IMG/VR virus record: IMGVR_UViG_3300016466_000841
Span: 1-64,000 of that record
Origin: a virus
Length of the DNA stretch: 64,000 bases
Reading direction: 5' to 3' (one strand)
Positions 47,227 through 57,481 of the stretch are shown piece by piece; position 1 is the first letter of the stretch, and each line of letters begins with the position of its first letter. The notes beneath the pieces were generated by a model. That model ran no database searches. It worked only from the letters and a program-made list of their open reading frames with translations, and had not been told where the DNA came from. The position numbers and the translations under genes were made by a program.

Positions 47227-48636
47227 TTATTTTTGGATGCCAGATAACCATCTTAACATAGCCAGATCTGGATCTTCGGAAATGGATTCTTGCGCCGCTG
47301 TTGATGGTTGCGTTGCAGGAGTAGGTTGCTGTACTGGCATCTGCACAGGTTGAGATTCGGGTTGTTTAACTTCTATACCTAATTCTTCTAAGCGAGCGAT
47401 GACATCTGGATCTTCCCAGATATTGGCTTCAGGGTCTCGGTCAGCCAGGTCACCTAGAATATCAAATAACTGATCATCCCCAACGAGATCCCGTAACACA
47501 GAAGTGGCCTCTGCATCAACTCCAACTTTGAGTGGCTTGCTCATGAGGTCTTCTAGCTCTCTGAGTTTGTCATCACTGTCAGGCAATGCCCATGTTCCTT
47601 CGGCGATTCCGTTGGCCCATGATTCGAATTCCTGTCCCATGGCAGTGTGTTGACTGTCAAGATATTGGCTATATGCCCGGCGCACATAAGGCAATGCTTC
47701 CTCTAATCGTTCGTCAAAAATCCTACGTGTAAGGCGATCTTTGATCTCATCTTCACCGATACCGCCAACACTGCTGTCGCTGCTGAGTCCCGAACCGGTC
47801 CAATAGAATCCGTAGCCGCGTGGGCCGCGCATACTCTTGAGACTCTTGCGGACATTCTGATAACGGCGCCGAGCTGCTTCGATCATCACAGGAGTGACAT
47901 CATCTTCGAACACTCGGTTGCGTGTGGCAGAAACGAATGTGCGTAGAGCAGCCATTTCTCTCACTAAATCGACGATATGTTCGGCACGCTCATCGAACAT
48001 GGTACCACCCTGGGCGATATGTTGCCCAATGGCGCGAGCACCTGTGAGGTTGGTAAAAGGTAGTTTAAATCTTTCGCCTTGAGGAGTTTCAACAAAAATA
48101 CTTTCAATGTTGCGTGTACGACAACCGCGCTTTTCTTCATCAATGGTCGTTGCATGTCTTACGATCAATCTTGTTTCTCCAACTCGATCGTAACTACTGC
48201 GGCGAGTGCCATACATAGAGCTTTCACCAATGGCGATTTCATCAGCTTTGTAACTGGAATCTGATTTGCTCTGTTGCCGCAGATCATTGATATTGAGAGT
48301 TTGCCGAGAAATATCTCTGGTATCAAAGTTCATCATATTTCGTTTTGCGAACAATCGTATACCTTTAAGGAAATCAAACCATTCATCAAGCTGTGGCTGA
48401 GTTAGGTTTTCTGTTATGTTCTTACTGTAGTAAACTTTAACTGAATTTTCATCGATTAGACTCACAGTCACATTGCCTAGACTTTGTCCGTCTTGGGCCG
48501 AATAGTCAAAATTGATAAATCTGGCTTTTTCTGGATCCTGAGTGGCCTTGGCGTTTTCGTCACCGATACTGACTTTTTCAAATCTTGAACGTATTTTTTC
48601 AAACAATGATTCGGCAATTTTATCTAGTTCGCGCAT
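47227..48636 (-). CDS. Late hypothetical protein (probably virion)
   Basis: TAAATA before the start; next to the terminase. Confidence 0.65.
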   Translation of the reverse strand: MRELDKIAESLFEKIRSRFEKVSIGDENAKATQDPEKARFINFDYSAQDGQSLGNVTVSLIDENSVKVYYSKNITENLTQPQLDEWFDFLKGIRLFAKRNMMNFDTRDISRQTLNINDLRQQSKSDSSYKADEIAIGESSMYGTRRSSYDRVGETRLIVRHATTIDEEKRGCRTRNIESIFVETPQGERFKLPFTNLTGARAIGQHIAQGGTMFDERAEHIVDLVREMAALRTFVSATRNRVFEDDVTPVMIEAARRRYQNVRKSLKSMRGPRGYGFYWTGSGLSSDSSVGGIGEDEIKDRLTRRIFDERLEEALPYVRRAYSQYLDSQHTAMGQEFESWANGIAEGTWALPDSDDKLRELEDLMSKPLKVGVDAEATSVLRDLVGDDQLFDILGDLADRDPEANIWEDPDVIARLEELGIEVKQPESQPVQMPVQQPTPATQPSTAAQESISEDPDLAMLRWLSGIQK

Positions 48637-48646
48637 GATAGTGTAT

Positions 48647-50215
48647 TTATGTGATCATAATAAAAGGCATAGGCTCGATGTAATCGTCGAGGCTGTCACG
48701 CATTTTTTCATCTAGATTGGCATCAAATCCCTGCAATAACTGTACCATCCGTAATGCCAAAATCAAGCTCATAACTAGATCATCAGTTTCTCCGGGTTTG
48801 GCGGCAAAGCTCATACCATGTGCTACAAAAACTTTGAGTTCAGACACGAGATTTTTGCTGTTCACTGTCAATCGTTTGCTTTCAATTAATGTTTTGAGTT
48901 TAGCACACGCAGTGAGTTTGGGCTTGTGCGTGGTGTTGAATCCTTTGCGGAAACGCCGCACATTGCCGGCACGAACTGGTTCGCTGAGGAATGTGCCACG
49001 TATATTTTCCTCGCCTACTTCAGCGATGCTGACTAACCCTGCCTCGCCTAGCGTATTATTTTCCAAACTGTAATAGATGTCGTTTTCGCTGCCAACTATA
49101 CCATATATGTAATCTGCGATTTCTCTAACTATGGCGATTTGACGTTGTATCACAGTTCTGTTGTGTTTCCACTCGGCCACCTGTATCATTGAAGGTATTT
49201 CTAGTACCTGAATGGCAGCGTTATCTCCGCCGGTGCCCAAACTGGGATCCAAAGCAATCACATATTGTTGTCCGGGTTCGGGCCTTTTATACCAACGTAC
49301 TTGCCCTTGTTTTTCTATGGGATCTTGGCCACCAAGGTCCATGAGATGCACGGATGCGATCAGAGTTTCATCATAGATAACCGGTTCACATTCGTGTTCT
49401 CGACGGAATCTTTCTTCACCGATGCTGGCACGCTCTTGATTGGCCCAGGTGTCATCTCGATCGGGGTGTCGGCTCCATTTGGCTATGTAACCTTTAAACC
49501 CATTTTCTCCCAATGGTTGTTCGTTGCCAAAATCATCGAGCGTGCGATTGGCGCCTCGCCACAACAACCAAAACTGATCTTCGTCGCTGTTGGGGGTGGA
49601 TGTTATAATGGCCTTACCACCGGTGGCCAAGGTAGGAGATATCGAAGTCCAAAACTCTTTGGCGATAGAGTTGCGCACAAATGCAAACTCGTCGCAATAT
49701 AAAAGTGTTATCGACATACCACGTCCTGTTGTTTCTGTGGTAGTAGCTGATACTATGCGACTGCCATTTTCAAAATCTATGCTGCCTTTGTTATAACTTA
49801 CTACGCCTGCACGTATGTGGTTGGGGCACAACTCATAAGCATATCTTATACGTTGCATGATCTCTTGCGCACCTGTGTATTTGTGTGCAGCGATTAGGAT
49901 CGTAGAGTCAGGCTTGAACATAGCAAACCAAAGAAGATAGCCGGCTGCTGTTGTTGTCTTGCCCATTTGTCGACCCAACAAATTAATGCTGAAGCGATAG
50001 TTGTGATAGATGTCAATAAGTTCGTGCTGATAGTCGTAGGGATCGTACAGTAACCGACCTTTGGTCGGGTGTTGTATGTAAAAATAATTGGCTAGAAAAT
50101 ATTCCGGGCCGGTCACAGGATCAGCACATCGAGCGAACTCAACGATCTGTTCATTGGTATAGATTTCTTTTCGATGAGCAGGTTTGACCAGCACACCTTC
50201 TAGACTTTTGGCCAT
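48647..50215 (-). CDS. Terminase large subunit (gp17-like)
   Basis: GRQMGKT, LYCDEFAF, ITSTPN, FRREHEC, LDPSLG, DDLVMS. Confidence 0.95.
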   Translation of the reverse strand: MAKSLEGVLVKPAHRKEIYTNEQIVEFARCADPVTGPEYFLANYFYIQHPTKGRLLYDPYDYQHELIDIYHNYRFSINLLGRQMGKTTTAAGYLLWFAMFKPDSTILIAAHKYTGAQEIMQRIRYAYELCPNHIRAGVVSYNKGSIDFENGSRIVSATTTETTGRGMSITLLYCDEFAFVRNSIAKEFWTSISPTLATGGKAIITSTPNSDEDQFWLLWRGANRTLDDFGNEQPLGENGFKGYIAKWSRHPDRDDTWANQERASIGEERFRREHECEPVIYDETLIASVHLMDLGGQDPIEKQGQVRWYKRPEPGQQYVIALDPSLGTGGDNAAIQVLEIPSMIQVAEWKHNRTVIQRQIAIVREIADYIYGIVGSENDIYYSLENNTLGEAGLVSIAEVGEENIRGTFLSEPVRAGNVRRFRKGFNTTHKPKLTACAKLKTLIESKRLTVNSKNLVSELKVFVAHGMSFAAKPGETDDLVMSLILALRMVQLLQGFDANLDEKMRDSLDDYIEPMPFIMIT

Positions 50216-50230
50216 GCTAGTATTTAAGGA

Positions 50231-50449
50231 TTATTTTTTACCGAAGGGATTTTCGCCTGTGAGCTTGGGCCGAGCAAACCATAGCCTAAACCATTCATCG
50301 GTTCCTGGTTGGATTTTGTGTTTTTTTATGTGCTGGGCTTTTTCTGCGGCTGTATGGGTGATATTAGAAGTTTTAGTATGATCAACAGTGTCTTTGGGAT
50401 ACACACCTTGACCAACTCCAGCAAGCTGCTTGAGTTCTTCCAATGTCAT
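50231..50449 (-). CDS. Small hypothetical protein
   Basis: IQPGTDEWFRLWF motif. Confidence 0.6.
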   Translation of the reverse strand: MTLEELKQLAGVGQGVYPKDTVDHTKTSNITHTAAEKAQHIKKHKIQPGTDEWFRLWFARPKLTGENPFGKK

Positions 50450-52389
50450 ACGCGAGACTTTTTATTCTTTTTTGATTCAGCTCGGATACCACCGGCCTGC
50501 ATCCACATAGTTTTTAAAGCACGTTTCATCGCAGGAGCACCAATCGACCCCCCTGCTGCGGCAAACGCTTCAAAATCAGACTGTAGTTTTGCTGCAAAAT
50601 CATTAACGCTTGCCGGTTTAACCGGCTCGGCTGATGTTCCGCTTGCTGTTGTATTATTTTGATCGGTCGCTGCAGATTGGGCTCCGCTAGGTTGTTGGAC
50701 CGATTGTGTATTTTGATCTGGGACGGTGTCTTGACCGGTGAGACCTTTTTTAAGTCCAGTCCAGAACCCTCCCTGAGTTGCTGTTGGCTGTGCAGTTGAC
50801 TGCGTAGCGGGAGATGACACTGCCGCGGGCTGACTGGGCTGCACCGGTGCAGTGGCGGCTGCAGGATTAGTTGCAGCCATGGTTCCTGCTACTGCTGCGG
50901 CTGCTGCCTTTCCAGCAGGACTTGCTTGTGGTTGTTTTACTGGAAGGTTGGGTGCAGGTAACTTCATTGATGCGTATGACGATTTAATGACTTCGTCATC
51001 GACCCCGGCACTTTGGAGGATCTGCGCGATTTTTTCGCTGTCTGTTGGAGATCCTGCTTTTTTCCAGGCGGCACCTAATTTGCTGTTTGTGACTTTGTTT
51101 GTTAAATTTTTGCCGACTTCTGCGGCTTTGGCTCCAACTGCTTGAGCCCCTTGTTTAATAGCACCTCCAACTGCGGCTGCACCTTTTTTAAGTGCATCCA
51201 TTGGACCTTCATTGACAGCAAGATCAAACAATGTGTTGATACCGTGTTCATTGAGATGAACACCACCGCGTGTTCTTCCCAGCGATTCATTTAGTACCCA
51301 AGCACGGACAGTTGTGTCACGGTCAATGTATTCGTTAATGGCTTTGCCTGTGCGGATCACGCTCTGTGTCTGAGGTGTAGGTTGTTGAGCAGGTTGGCTA
51401 CCTGTGGCAGCAGCAACGGCACCTTGACTGGCTGCTTGTAGGCCTTGTTTGGCACCTTGTATAACGTTATAAAGGCTGTCGTTGTCTTTGGCCAATGCGC
51501 CAAGATCCACCAACATTTGCTTGTAATCATTTGTGTTTATTTCCGCAGATAATTTTGCCAACTTATCAAATGCCTGCACAGCCTGATCGCCACCTTTGCT
51601 GATAGTATCCATCAGGAAGTTGATAGTACGAGCGTCATCGGGCAATACCTGCACATCGATACCTCGGATGTTCTTGGTCCATTCCCATCCAGGACCACTC
51701 ATGGTCTTAGTCGCGTCAAAACTAACATCTGCGAATTTATCTCTCATGATCACTTCTGCACGTAGGCCGCCAAGCCAATTGCCCAGCATTTCAAACGCTT
51801 TACCTGCAATGAAACCGAAGGCCGCAGTCTTCATACCCTTACCAACAGCCGTTGATAATTTTTCGCCTTTGATCAATTCTGCCGCGCCGCGCAAGATCTG
51901 ACCAGCGATGGCGCCGCCTGCGGGGCCGCCTGCGAGAGAAGCAATAGCAGTCAACACACCAATGATGGCTGCTGACTTACCTGGATTTTCTTTCATCCAG
52001 GTTCCCATGGCTGTGAGATTTTGATCTAAATCGGGAAACTTCTGACCAATTGCGGTTTTGAGTTGTTCAAACTTCTGATCAGCAGCTTGTACCGGAGTGG
52101 TGTCCTGCAACCATTTGCCGACATTGTTGATGACTTGGTTTACTTGTCCCGGAATGTCAACTGCTTTACCAACCAATGTCCTATTGTTACCGGCGGCCAC
52201 AGCACCTTTTTCAACTGCGGCAAATAATTGGTTGATTTGATCGGCAGTCAGCTCTGCTTCTGACAGAGCGACCAAGGGCGATAATGTTTTATATATGCCC
52301 TCGACGATGTATCGCTGAGGGGCAGTTAGCCCCTGACAAGATTCCGCTAGAATAGATTTACCATTCAGCGATACTTCTAACACTTTCAT
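50446..52389 (-). CDS. Ala/Gln-rich probable internal virion protein
   Basis: Long ORF in the morphogenesis cluster with low-complexity linkers. Confidence 0.6.
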   Translation of the reverse strand: MKVLEVSLNGKSILAESCQGLTAPQRYIVEGIYKTLSPLVALSEAELTADQINQLFAAVEKGAVAAGNNRTLVGKAVDIPGQVNQVINNVGKWLQDTTPVQAADQKFEQLKTAIGQKFPDLDQNLTAMGTWMKENPGKSAAIIGVLTAIASLAGGPAGGAIAGQILRGAAELIKGEKLSTAVGKGMKTAAFGFIAGKAFEMLGNWLGGLRAEVIMRDKFADVSFDATKTMSGPGWEWTKNIRGIDVQVLPDDARTINFLMDTISKGGDQAVQAFDKLAKLSAEINTNDYKQMLVDLGALAKDNDSLYNVIQGAKQGLQAASQGAVAAATGSQPAQQPTPQTQSVIRTGKAINEYIDRDTTVRAWVLNESLGRTRGGVHLNEHGINTLFDLAVNEGPMDALKKGAAAVGGAIKQGAQAVGAKAAEVGKNLTNKVTNSKLGAAWKKAGSPTDSEKIAQILQSAGVDDEVIKSSYASMKLPAPNLPVKQPQASPAGKAAAAAVAGTMAATNPAAATAPVQPSQPAAVSSPATQSTAQPTATQGGFWTGLKKGLTGQDTVPDQNTQSVQQPSGAQSAATDQNNTTASGTSAEPVKPASVNDFAAKLQSDFEAFAAAGGSIGAPAMKRALKTMWMQAGGIRAESKKNKKSRV

Positions 52390-54389
52390 TTCGAGACCTT
52401 GATGCTTTCGTATTCTTTCATGAGGCGACGACCCAAGTTTGCAATAGGGTCGTTGTCTTCAAACTGAGTTGTACGCATGGCATTGTCACCGTGCCAGTTT
52501 GGGTTAGCACCTTTGCTCTTGTGTAGATCGTTGCCCGACGGAACAGCGGCATCAATTCCTGCGGTTTCCTCGTTGGGAGTATTAGCGTATTCGGGATCGC
52601 GCTCTTCTTCAACTTCCTCTTCGGCCATTGGGCGACCAGCAACAATGACCCCAGCTGAGCCATTTTTTTCGGCAGAAACCTCGCCCATGAGTCCGCTGAG
52701 CTTGAGTATCTGGGCCAACGCCACAGCAGAATCGCCTTGAGCCGTCACTGTGATCGACTTGTTGTCGTCGGCTGAATTATAGTTTGTAGACACATTGATC
52801 TCGGGTTTTTCAGCCGATCCGGTCTGTGTCATTGGGCTCATGGTGCCGCAGCTTTCCTTGAGACCGGCCAAGCGTGATAGTTCGTTCAAATCCATGTCTG
52901 TTTCCTGTGCAATAATTTCTTGTGTTTCATCAAGTCCCAGTTCAGCGACTAGACGTTCTGTGATCCACTCAAAAGGATCGCCGGTGCGTGCTTTAGCAAC
53001 ACCATAGGGCATCTCACCCGAGCTCATGTAGTAATCAAACAAAGCATCATAGAGATTGTCTTCAAGCTCTTCTCCTTGTTCAAAGGCCTTGACTTCGGCA
53101 GGAAAACGATCCAGGATGTGTTTTAATGTGTTGCCGTCTTCGTCGATGAGTCTTGCTTCACTCATGTTTAGCAATTTGCTTTTGCCAGTGAACTTGGCGC
53201 CGGTGGCTCTCTTGCTGCCTTTGGGACGACCACGTCCGCGCTTCTCGCCAGGAGCAGCAGGTTTTGCTTTACGACCAGGTTTGAGATTGCCCCATTCATC
53301 GTAGGCATCATCATCTTCCTCTTCACGGTCGCCACGATAACCGTATTTCTTGTGTATATTGCGATCGCTTTCGGGATCATGCGGCATTGTGGCACCACCC
53401 TTGGCGATGGCTTTTAGTAAATTGGTATCCAGTGCTTCTTTGACTTTGTAGGTTTTGCCGTCTACTTCGAATTCTTCGGCGCCTGCGGCTTTGGCTTTGG
53501 CCAACGCACCCGAAAACTCATTGCCTTCGCCAACGTCATCTTCTGCTACACCTTGCTTGATAGCATATCGCAGTTCGTCCATGGCTTCTTCACGACTGTC
53601 ATAACCACCGAGATCTAGTCCCGAAGCATAATGTTTCATGTAATACATGCCTGCACCGGGGCTTGATTCACGATCGATACCTATTTCGCCCACGGGTTTA
53701 CCGTTTTTCTTGACGATCTTGCGCTGCTGGTCAGCGTGACCTTCCGCCACATCTTGCTGGCGTTGATCTAGATACCGCTGGCGTTCGGCTGCGATCTTCT
53801 TGGCAATGGCCTGTTGTTCTGCAGGCGTGACTCTAAAATGTTCTACTGCTCCGTCTCTCTGCACTTTTGCCAAGATTTCTTCGAAGCTGGGACTATCGGG
53901 ATTGGGATTGTCCTCATCACTTGAGAAATTGAAAACTAAAGGATTACCGTCAACGGCAAACACATAACGCTCTTCTCCGATGTCGTGATCCGTACCTCGG
54001 AATTTTACTCTTTGAACTTCGTTCTGTTCCTCATTGATCTCTTCACATTGGCAAGGCTCGCTGTCGCACTTGGGACAAACTTCGCCTTCGGACATGGTTT
54101 TGGCAGCAAGCTTGGCCTTGTCAACTGCCCGACGCTCAAGGCGATCCAGTGTTTCGTGATCTGTGGCCAACCACTTGCGCTCACGCTGGCGATCTGGATC
54201 ATTGATGCCGCGAGACTCCTTGTCACTCTCAGCACTTTCCTTGAATTCTTGGAATTTGGCCTCCAATCGAGCAGCGATGCCTTCCTTGATGCTGCCTTTG
54301 GCCTGCACTGGCTCGCGGGTTTCTTGTACTTCTTCTTGCTTGGACTCTAAGCTGTTAAGAGTAGAGAGGATGGAATAGATCGTTGTCAC
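52386..54389 (-). CDS. Acidic modular head/prohead-associated protein
   Basis: Repeated VAE/GVAE/LKE motifs, AT-hook-like KRGRGRPK. Confidence 0.55.
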   Translation of the reverse strand: MTTIYSILSTLNSLESKQEEVQETREPVQAKGSIKEGIAARLEAKFQEFKESAESDKESRGINDPDRQRERKWLATDHETLDRLERRAVDKAKLAAKTMSEGEVCPKCDSEPCQCEEINEEQNEVQRVKFRGTDHDIGEERYVFAVDGNPLVFNFSSDEDNPNPDSPSFEEILAKVQRDGAVEHFRVTPAEQQAIAKKIAAERQRYLDQRQQDVAEGHADQQRKIVKKNGKPVGEIGIDRESSPGAGMYYMKHYASGLDLGGYDSREEAMDELRYAIKQGVAEDDVGEGNEFSGALAKAKAAGAEEFEVDGKTYKVKEALDTNLLKAIAKGGATMPHDPESDRNIHKKYGYRGDREEEDDDAYDEWGNLKPGRKAKPAAPGEKRGRGRPKGSKRATGAKFTGKSKLLNMSEARLIDEDGNTLKHILDRFPAEVKAFEQGEELEDNLYDALFDYYMSSGEMPYGVAKARTGDPFEWITERLVAELGLDETQEIIAQETDMDLNELSRLAGLKESCGTMSPMTQTGSAEKPEINVSTNYNSADDNKSITVTAQGDSAVALAQILKLSGLMGEVSAEKNGSAGVIVAGRPMAEEEVEEERDPEYANTPNEETAGIDAAVPSGNDLHKSKGANPNWHGDNAMRTTQFEDNDPIANLGRRLMKEYESIKVSK

Positions 54390-54400
54390 TTTATTTGTCC

Positions 54401-54982
54401 TTATCTTGCGGCGCTCTTGGGCTCGGGTTTAGAGATTTTAGTTGATCCCACTGGGCTTTTTGTGCCCTGGGGAAGTTCGTTGGTTGTTTTACCGTCGGCT
54501 TTTTCGGTGCCGGCAACTTCGTGCTTGGTCGTTTCAAGTTCTTTGAGGAACGATGTCAAGCGTTTCTCGCCTACTAGATCTTGTCCCGACTCTGCGGTGA
54601 GTTCGGTTTGTTCAAGAACCGATCCTTTGGATTCTTCAGCGATGTTGAGTTCTTCTTGCTCCATCTGAGCTTGTGTGTACACACAGACCTTGTCACCGGG
54701 TATCTGAGCACGCTGTATGATCAGCTGACGTATTTGCTCAGTGATGGTGGGATAACGAACTGCTACATCGAATTGATAACACTCGCAAGGCCCAGCTTTA
54801 GGGAAGTCACGATGTTCTTGTATAGGTAGCCGCTTGACTTTTCCCACGGTCTCAACTTCATAGGCATTCAGGGCGTTTTTGATAGACTCCATGATTTCGC
54901 CTTTGGGATCAATACCGGCCAATTTGACTCGGAATTCAAAGAGCTTACCTGCTTCGTAAAAATATGTTTGGAATTTTTTCAT
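54401..54982 (-). CDS. Late hypothetical protein
   Basis: TAAATA upstream. Confidence 0.6.
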   Translation of the reverse strand: MKKFQTYFYEAGKLFEFRVKLAGIDPKGEIMESIKNALNAYEVETVGKVKRLPIQEHRDFPKAGPCECYQFDVAVRYPTITEQIRQLIIQRAQIPGDKVCVYTQAQMEQEELNIAEESKGSVLEQTELTAESGQDLVGEKRLTSFLKELETTKHEVAGTEKADGKTTNELPQGTKSPVGSTKISKPEPKSAAR

Positions 54983-55003
54983 ATCCGTTCCTGTTCAGTG
55001 TAT

Positions 55004-55513
55004 TTATGCTGGTTTGTCTTTTTGATCCCGCGCAGATTCCAACACCTGCCGGAGTATTTCATTGCGATCCAACACTATTCCGTGTCCTTGTATAGGTTCA
55101 TCTTCGGGACGATCTTTATTAATGGTATGATCTAATCGGGCTTTACTGAGTTGCAGTTGTATCATCTTCAGCTTCTTGTCCATCTTGGCTGTTTTAGCTG
55201 TTATAGCATGTCCCAACAAGGTAGAGGCGGTCTGCAGGATCACTCCCGAATATCTGGGTTCCACATTCATTCCCAAATCCATGAGATCCTTGAATTTTTC
55301 TTCGGCTAAATCGGCAAGGTCGTCCATTTCTTTGTCGGCAGCCTCAAGTTCACGTACCATAGGCAGAGCCGCGTCAATCTTGTCAATGGCATCATCGACC
55401 TGCCGTATGATTTCTTGCTTTTCTTGTACCAACAACGACTCATTCCCGGACGACTCCTGTGCGACGTCTTCGATGGGCGCGAGATTTAATAATTCTTCTA
55501 ATTTTTTAGTCAT
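55004..55513 (-). CDS. Helical protein, possibly terminase small subunit-like
   Basis: Coiled-coil; start MTKKLEELL 4 nt after TAAATA. Confidence 0.45.
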   Translation of the reverse strand: MTKKLEELLNLAPIEDVAQESSGNESLLVQEKQEIIRQVDDAIDKIDAALPMVRELEAADKEMDDLADLAEEKFKDLMDLGMNVEPRYSGVILQTASTLLGHAITAKTAKMDKKLKMIQLQLSKARLDHTINKDRPEDEPIQGHGIVLDRNEILRQVLESARDQKDKPA

Positions 55514-55550
55514 ATCGTATTTACTCCGCCAAAACACGCGACAATAAAAG

Positions 55551-55579
55551 AAAAAGCTCCTATTAATAGGAGCTTTTTT
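55551..55579 (-). terminator. Intrinsic terminator
   Basis: AAAAGCTCCTAT-TA-ATAGGAGCTTTT. Confidence 0.8.
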
Positions 55580-55603
55580 CGATCTAGTATGATCTATCTG
55601 ATA

Positions 55604-56551
55604 TTAGCTGTTACGGATAGCAGATACCAGGCCAGCTGTGAAGTAGTCTTCGTATTTGACGTAGACTTCTTTGGTGGCTTCTTGGAACTTGGCTTTCTCT
55701 TCAGCTGTCAGTGTGACAACCTCGATACCGTCCTTGGCAGCACGCTGTTGTGTGGCAGCTACGTCAGCGATGGAAATCTCACGCTCGTGGCGGGCAGCAA
55801 CAATAGCGGCATCAGCAACGACCTTCTGCAGGTCTTCGCTGAGGCTGTTCCAGAACTGCTCACCAACCAGGATCGATGTCAGGAACAAGCTGTGCTCGGT
55901 GTGGTTGATGACCTTAGAAACAGCGTTCTGTCCCAAGGCATAAACACGGGGGTATGTGCTTTCGCCGATTGCGACATCGGCTTGAGCAAGACCTTCTGTG
56001 AGTTCTTCTAGTTCCATGGGAACTACGTCAGCACCGACAGCTTTGAATGTGTCAATGGCAACAGGGGAGAAGCTTGTGCGGACTTTCATGCCACGCAGAT
56101 CTTCAATCTTAGACACTGTTTCGTTACCGGGGATGATACGGAAACCACCCGAGTATGTGAAGGCCAGGCCTTTGATCTTCTTTTCTGCGCTGAGACTGTT
56201 CAGCAAGTTCTTGCCAACTTCACCTTCGAACACGCGGCTGGCGTGATCGTGGCTTTGGAACAGAAAGGGCAAGTCCAAGGCATAGAAGTCTTTGTTGACT
56301 TTGCCCAGTGTGATTGTGTATGTCTGGCTCATTTCGATAGCGCCGCTGTCCAGCAGGTCGACTAGGTCGTGCTTGCTAACAGCTTTACCACCGTTGTACT
56401 TGTCAGCGTACTCAGACAGTGTTAATACTTCGATGTCCAGTGCACCTGCGGCTTTTGCTTCGACTTCAGCGGCAAAAACTTTAGCGGCACGGATAAAGAG
56501 TTCGATAGGCTCGTGCGCAAGAACCCAACGAATTTTCTTAGCTTGTGACAT
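55604..56551 (-). CDS. TRAP transporter substrate-binding protein (DctP-like), no signal peptide
   Basis: LDLPFLF, GFR, DLRGMKVR, TEHS, FWNSLSEDLQ. Confidence 0.85.
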   Translation of the reverse strand: MSQAKKIRWVLAHEPIELFIRAAKVFAAEVEAKAAGALDIEVLTLSEYADKYNGGKAVSKHDLVDLLDSGAIEMSQTYTITLGKVNKDFYALDLPFLFQSHDHASRVFEGEVGKNLLNSLSAEKKIKGLAFTYSGGFRIIPGNETVSKIEDLRGMKVRTSFSPVAIDTFKAVGADVVPMELEELTEGLAQADVAIGESTYPRVYALGQNAVSKVINHTEHSLFLTSILVGEQFWNSLSEDLQKVVADAAIVAARHEREISIADVAATQQRAAKDGIEVVTLTAEEKAKFQEATKEVYVKYEDYFTAGLVSAIRNS

Positions 56552-56672
56552 TTAGGAGTCTCCTTAAACTTGAGTTGTATATACTATATTTATCCGGATT
56601 GAGAAGGATTTGGGTAAGATGGCGTGAAACACAAAGGTTTTATCGCGGGATTCTTATCCCGAACTTCACCTA

Positions 56673-57107
56673 TTATTTACCTTTTCCTTGGTGGAAAATC
56701 TGATCTTCGGTCACTATGCGGAAATTTAATCCCTGCCCTTTGCACCAGGCTCGTGCCGCTTCCCATTTAGCCATATTCAGCACCACGAATGCTTGATCAC
56801 GGGTGCTTTTTGCCGATTCCATAGTGGTTTCCTTCTTGGGCTTGACTTCAATCACATCGCCTTGCTGGTTGCCATTTTTGTCCACATAGATAATCAAGAA
56901 GTCGGGCACATAGATGGTGTTTTTACCAGTGAGAGGATTGCGATAGTTGATATGCACTGCTTCGCTGGCCCATTTAAGTATGTTGGGATTATTGTCGCAG
57001 AACTGCATGAATACAAATTCCCAGGCACTGCGATATGTGGGAGATTTCTTACCTATATACTTGTCGGGATTTTTGATTTGAAACTTGCCTTGCGCATACT
57101 TGCTCAT
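56673..57107 (-). CDS. Head completion nuclease (T4 gp4 / TnsA-like)
   Basis: YRSAWE, WASE, YVPDF, IEVKP, KWEAA, VTE. Confidence 0.85.
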   Translation of the reverse strand: MSKYAQGKFQIKNPDKYIGKKSPTYRSAWEFVFMQFCDNNPNILKWASEAVHINYRNPLTGKNTIYVPDFLIIYVDKNGNQQGDVIEVKPKKETTMESAKSTRDQAFVVLNMAKWEAARAWCKGQGLNFRIVTEDQIFHQGKGK

Positions 57108-57475
57108 GGTAAAATAGTTCTTTGTACATATTTGTTTCGCACAGGCTGATTGTTGATCCCCAAATAACTTGTTCCAACTCTATTGAGATTTAAAAACATG
57201 CAAAGATAAGCATTTAGCTTGTTTTTTTCCATGTTTGCAAATTCATTCAATATTTCCATTGGATCTGTGCCCTGAGCTTGACTGGTATAAACCACCGCAC
57301 TGGCCAATGCGACCGCGCTTTCTCTGTTGTCAGCTATACGTTCAAAAAAGGCTATCAATGCGTCATTGACATTACCAGCAACATCAAGAGTTGATGTAAA
57401 GTAATTGTTGAAATAATCAGACAGCGGAGTGTCTTTTCTTTCAAAATTAGTGACTGTTGTTCGTAATCTAGCCAT
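57104..57475 (-). CDS. Hypothetical protein
   Basis: 123-aa ORF in the tail cluster. Confidence 0.6.
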   Translation of the reverse strand: MARLRTTVTNFERKDTPLSDYFNNYFTSTLDVAGNVNDALIAFFERIADNRESAVALASAVVYTSQAQGTDPMEILNEFANMEKNKLNAYLCMFLNLNRVGTSYLGINNQPVRNKYVQRTILP

Positions 57476-57481
57476 GATCGA

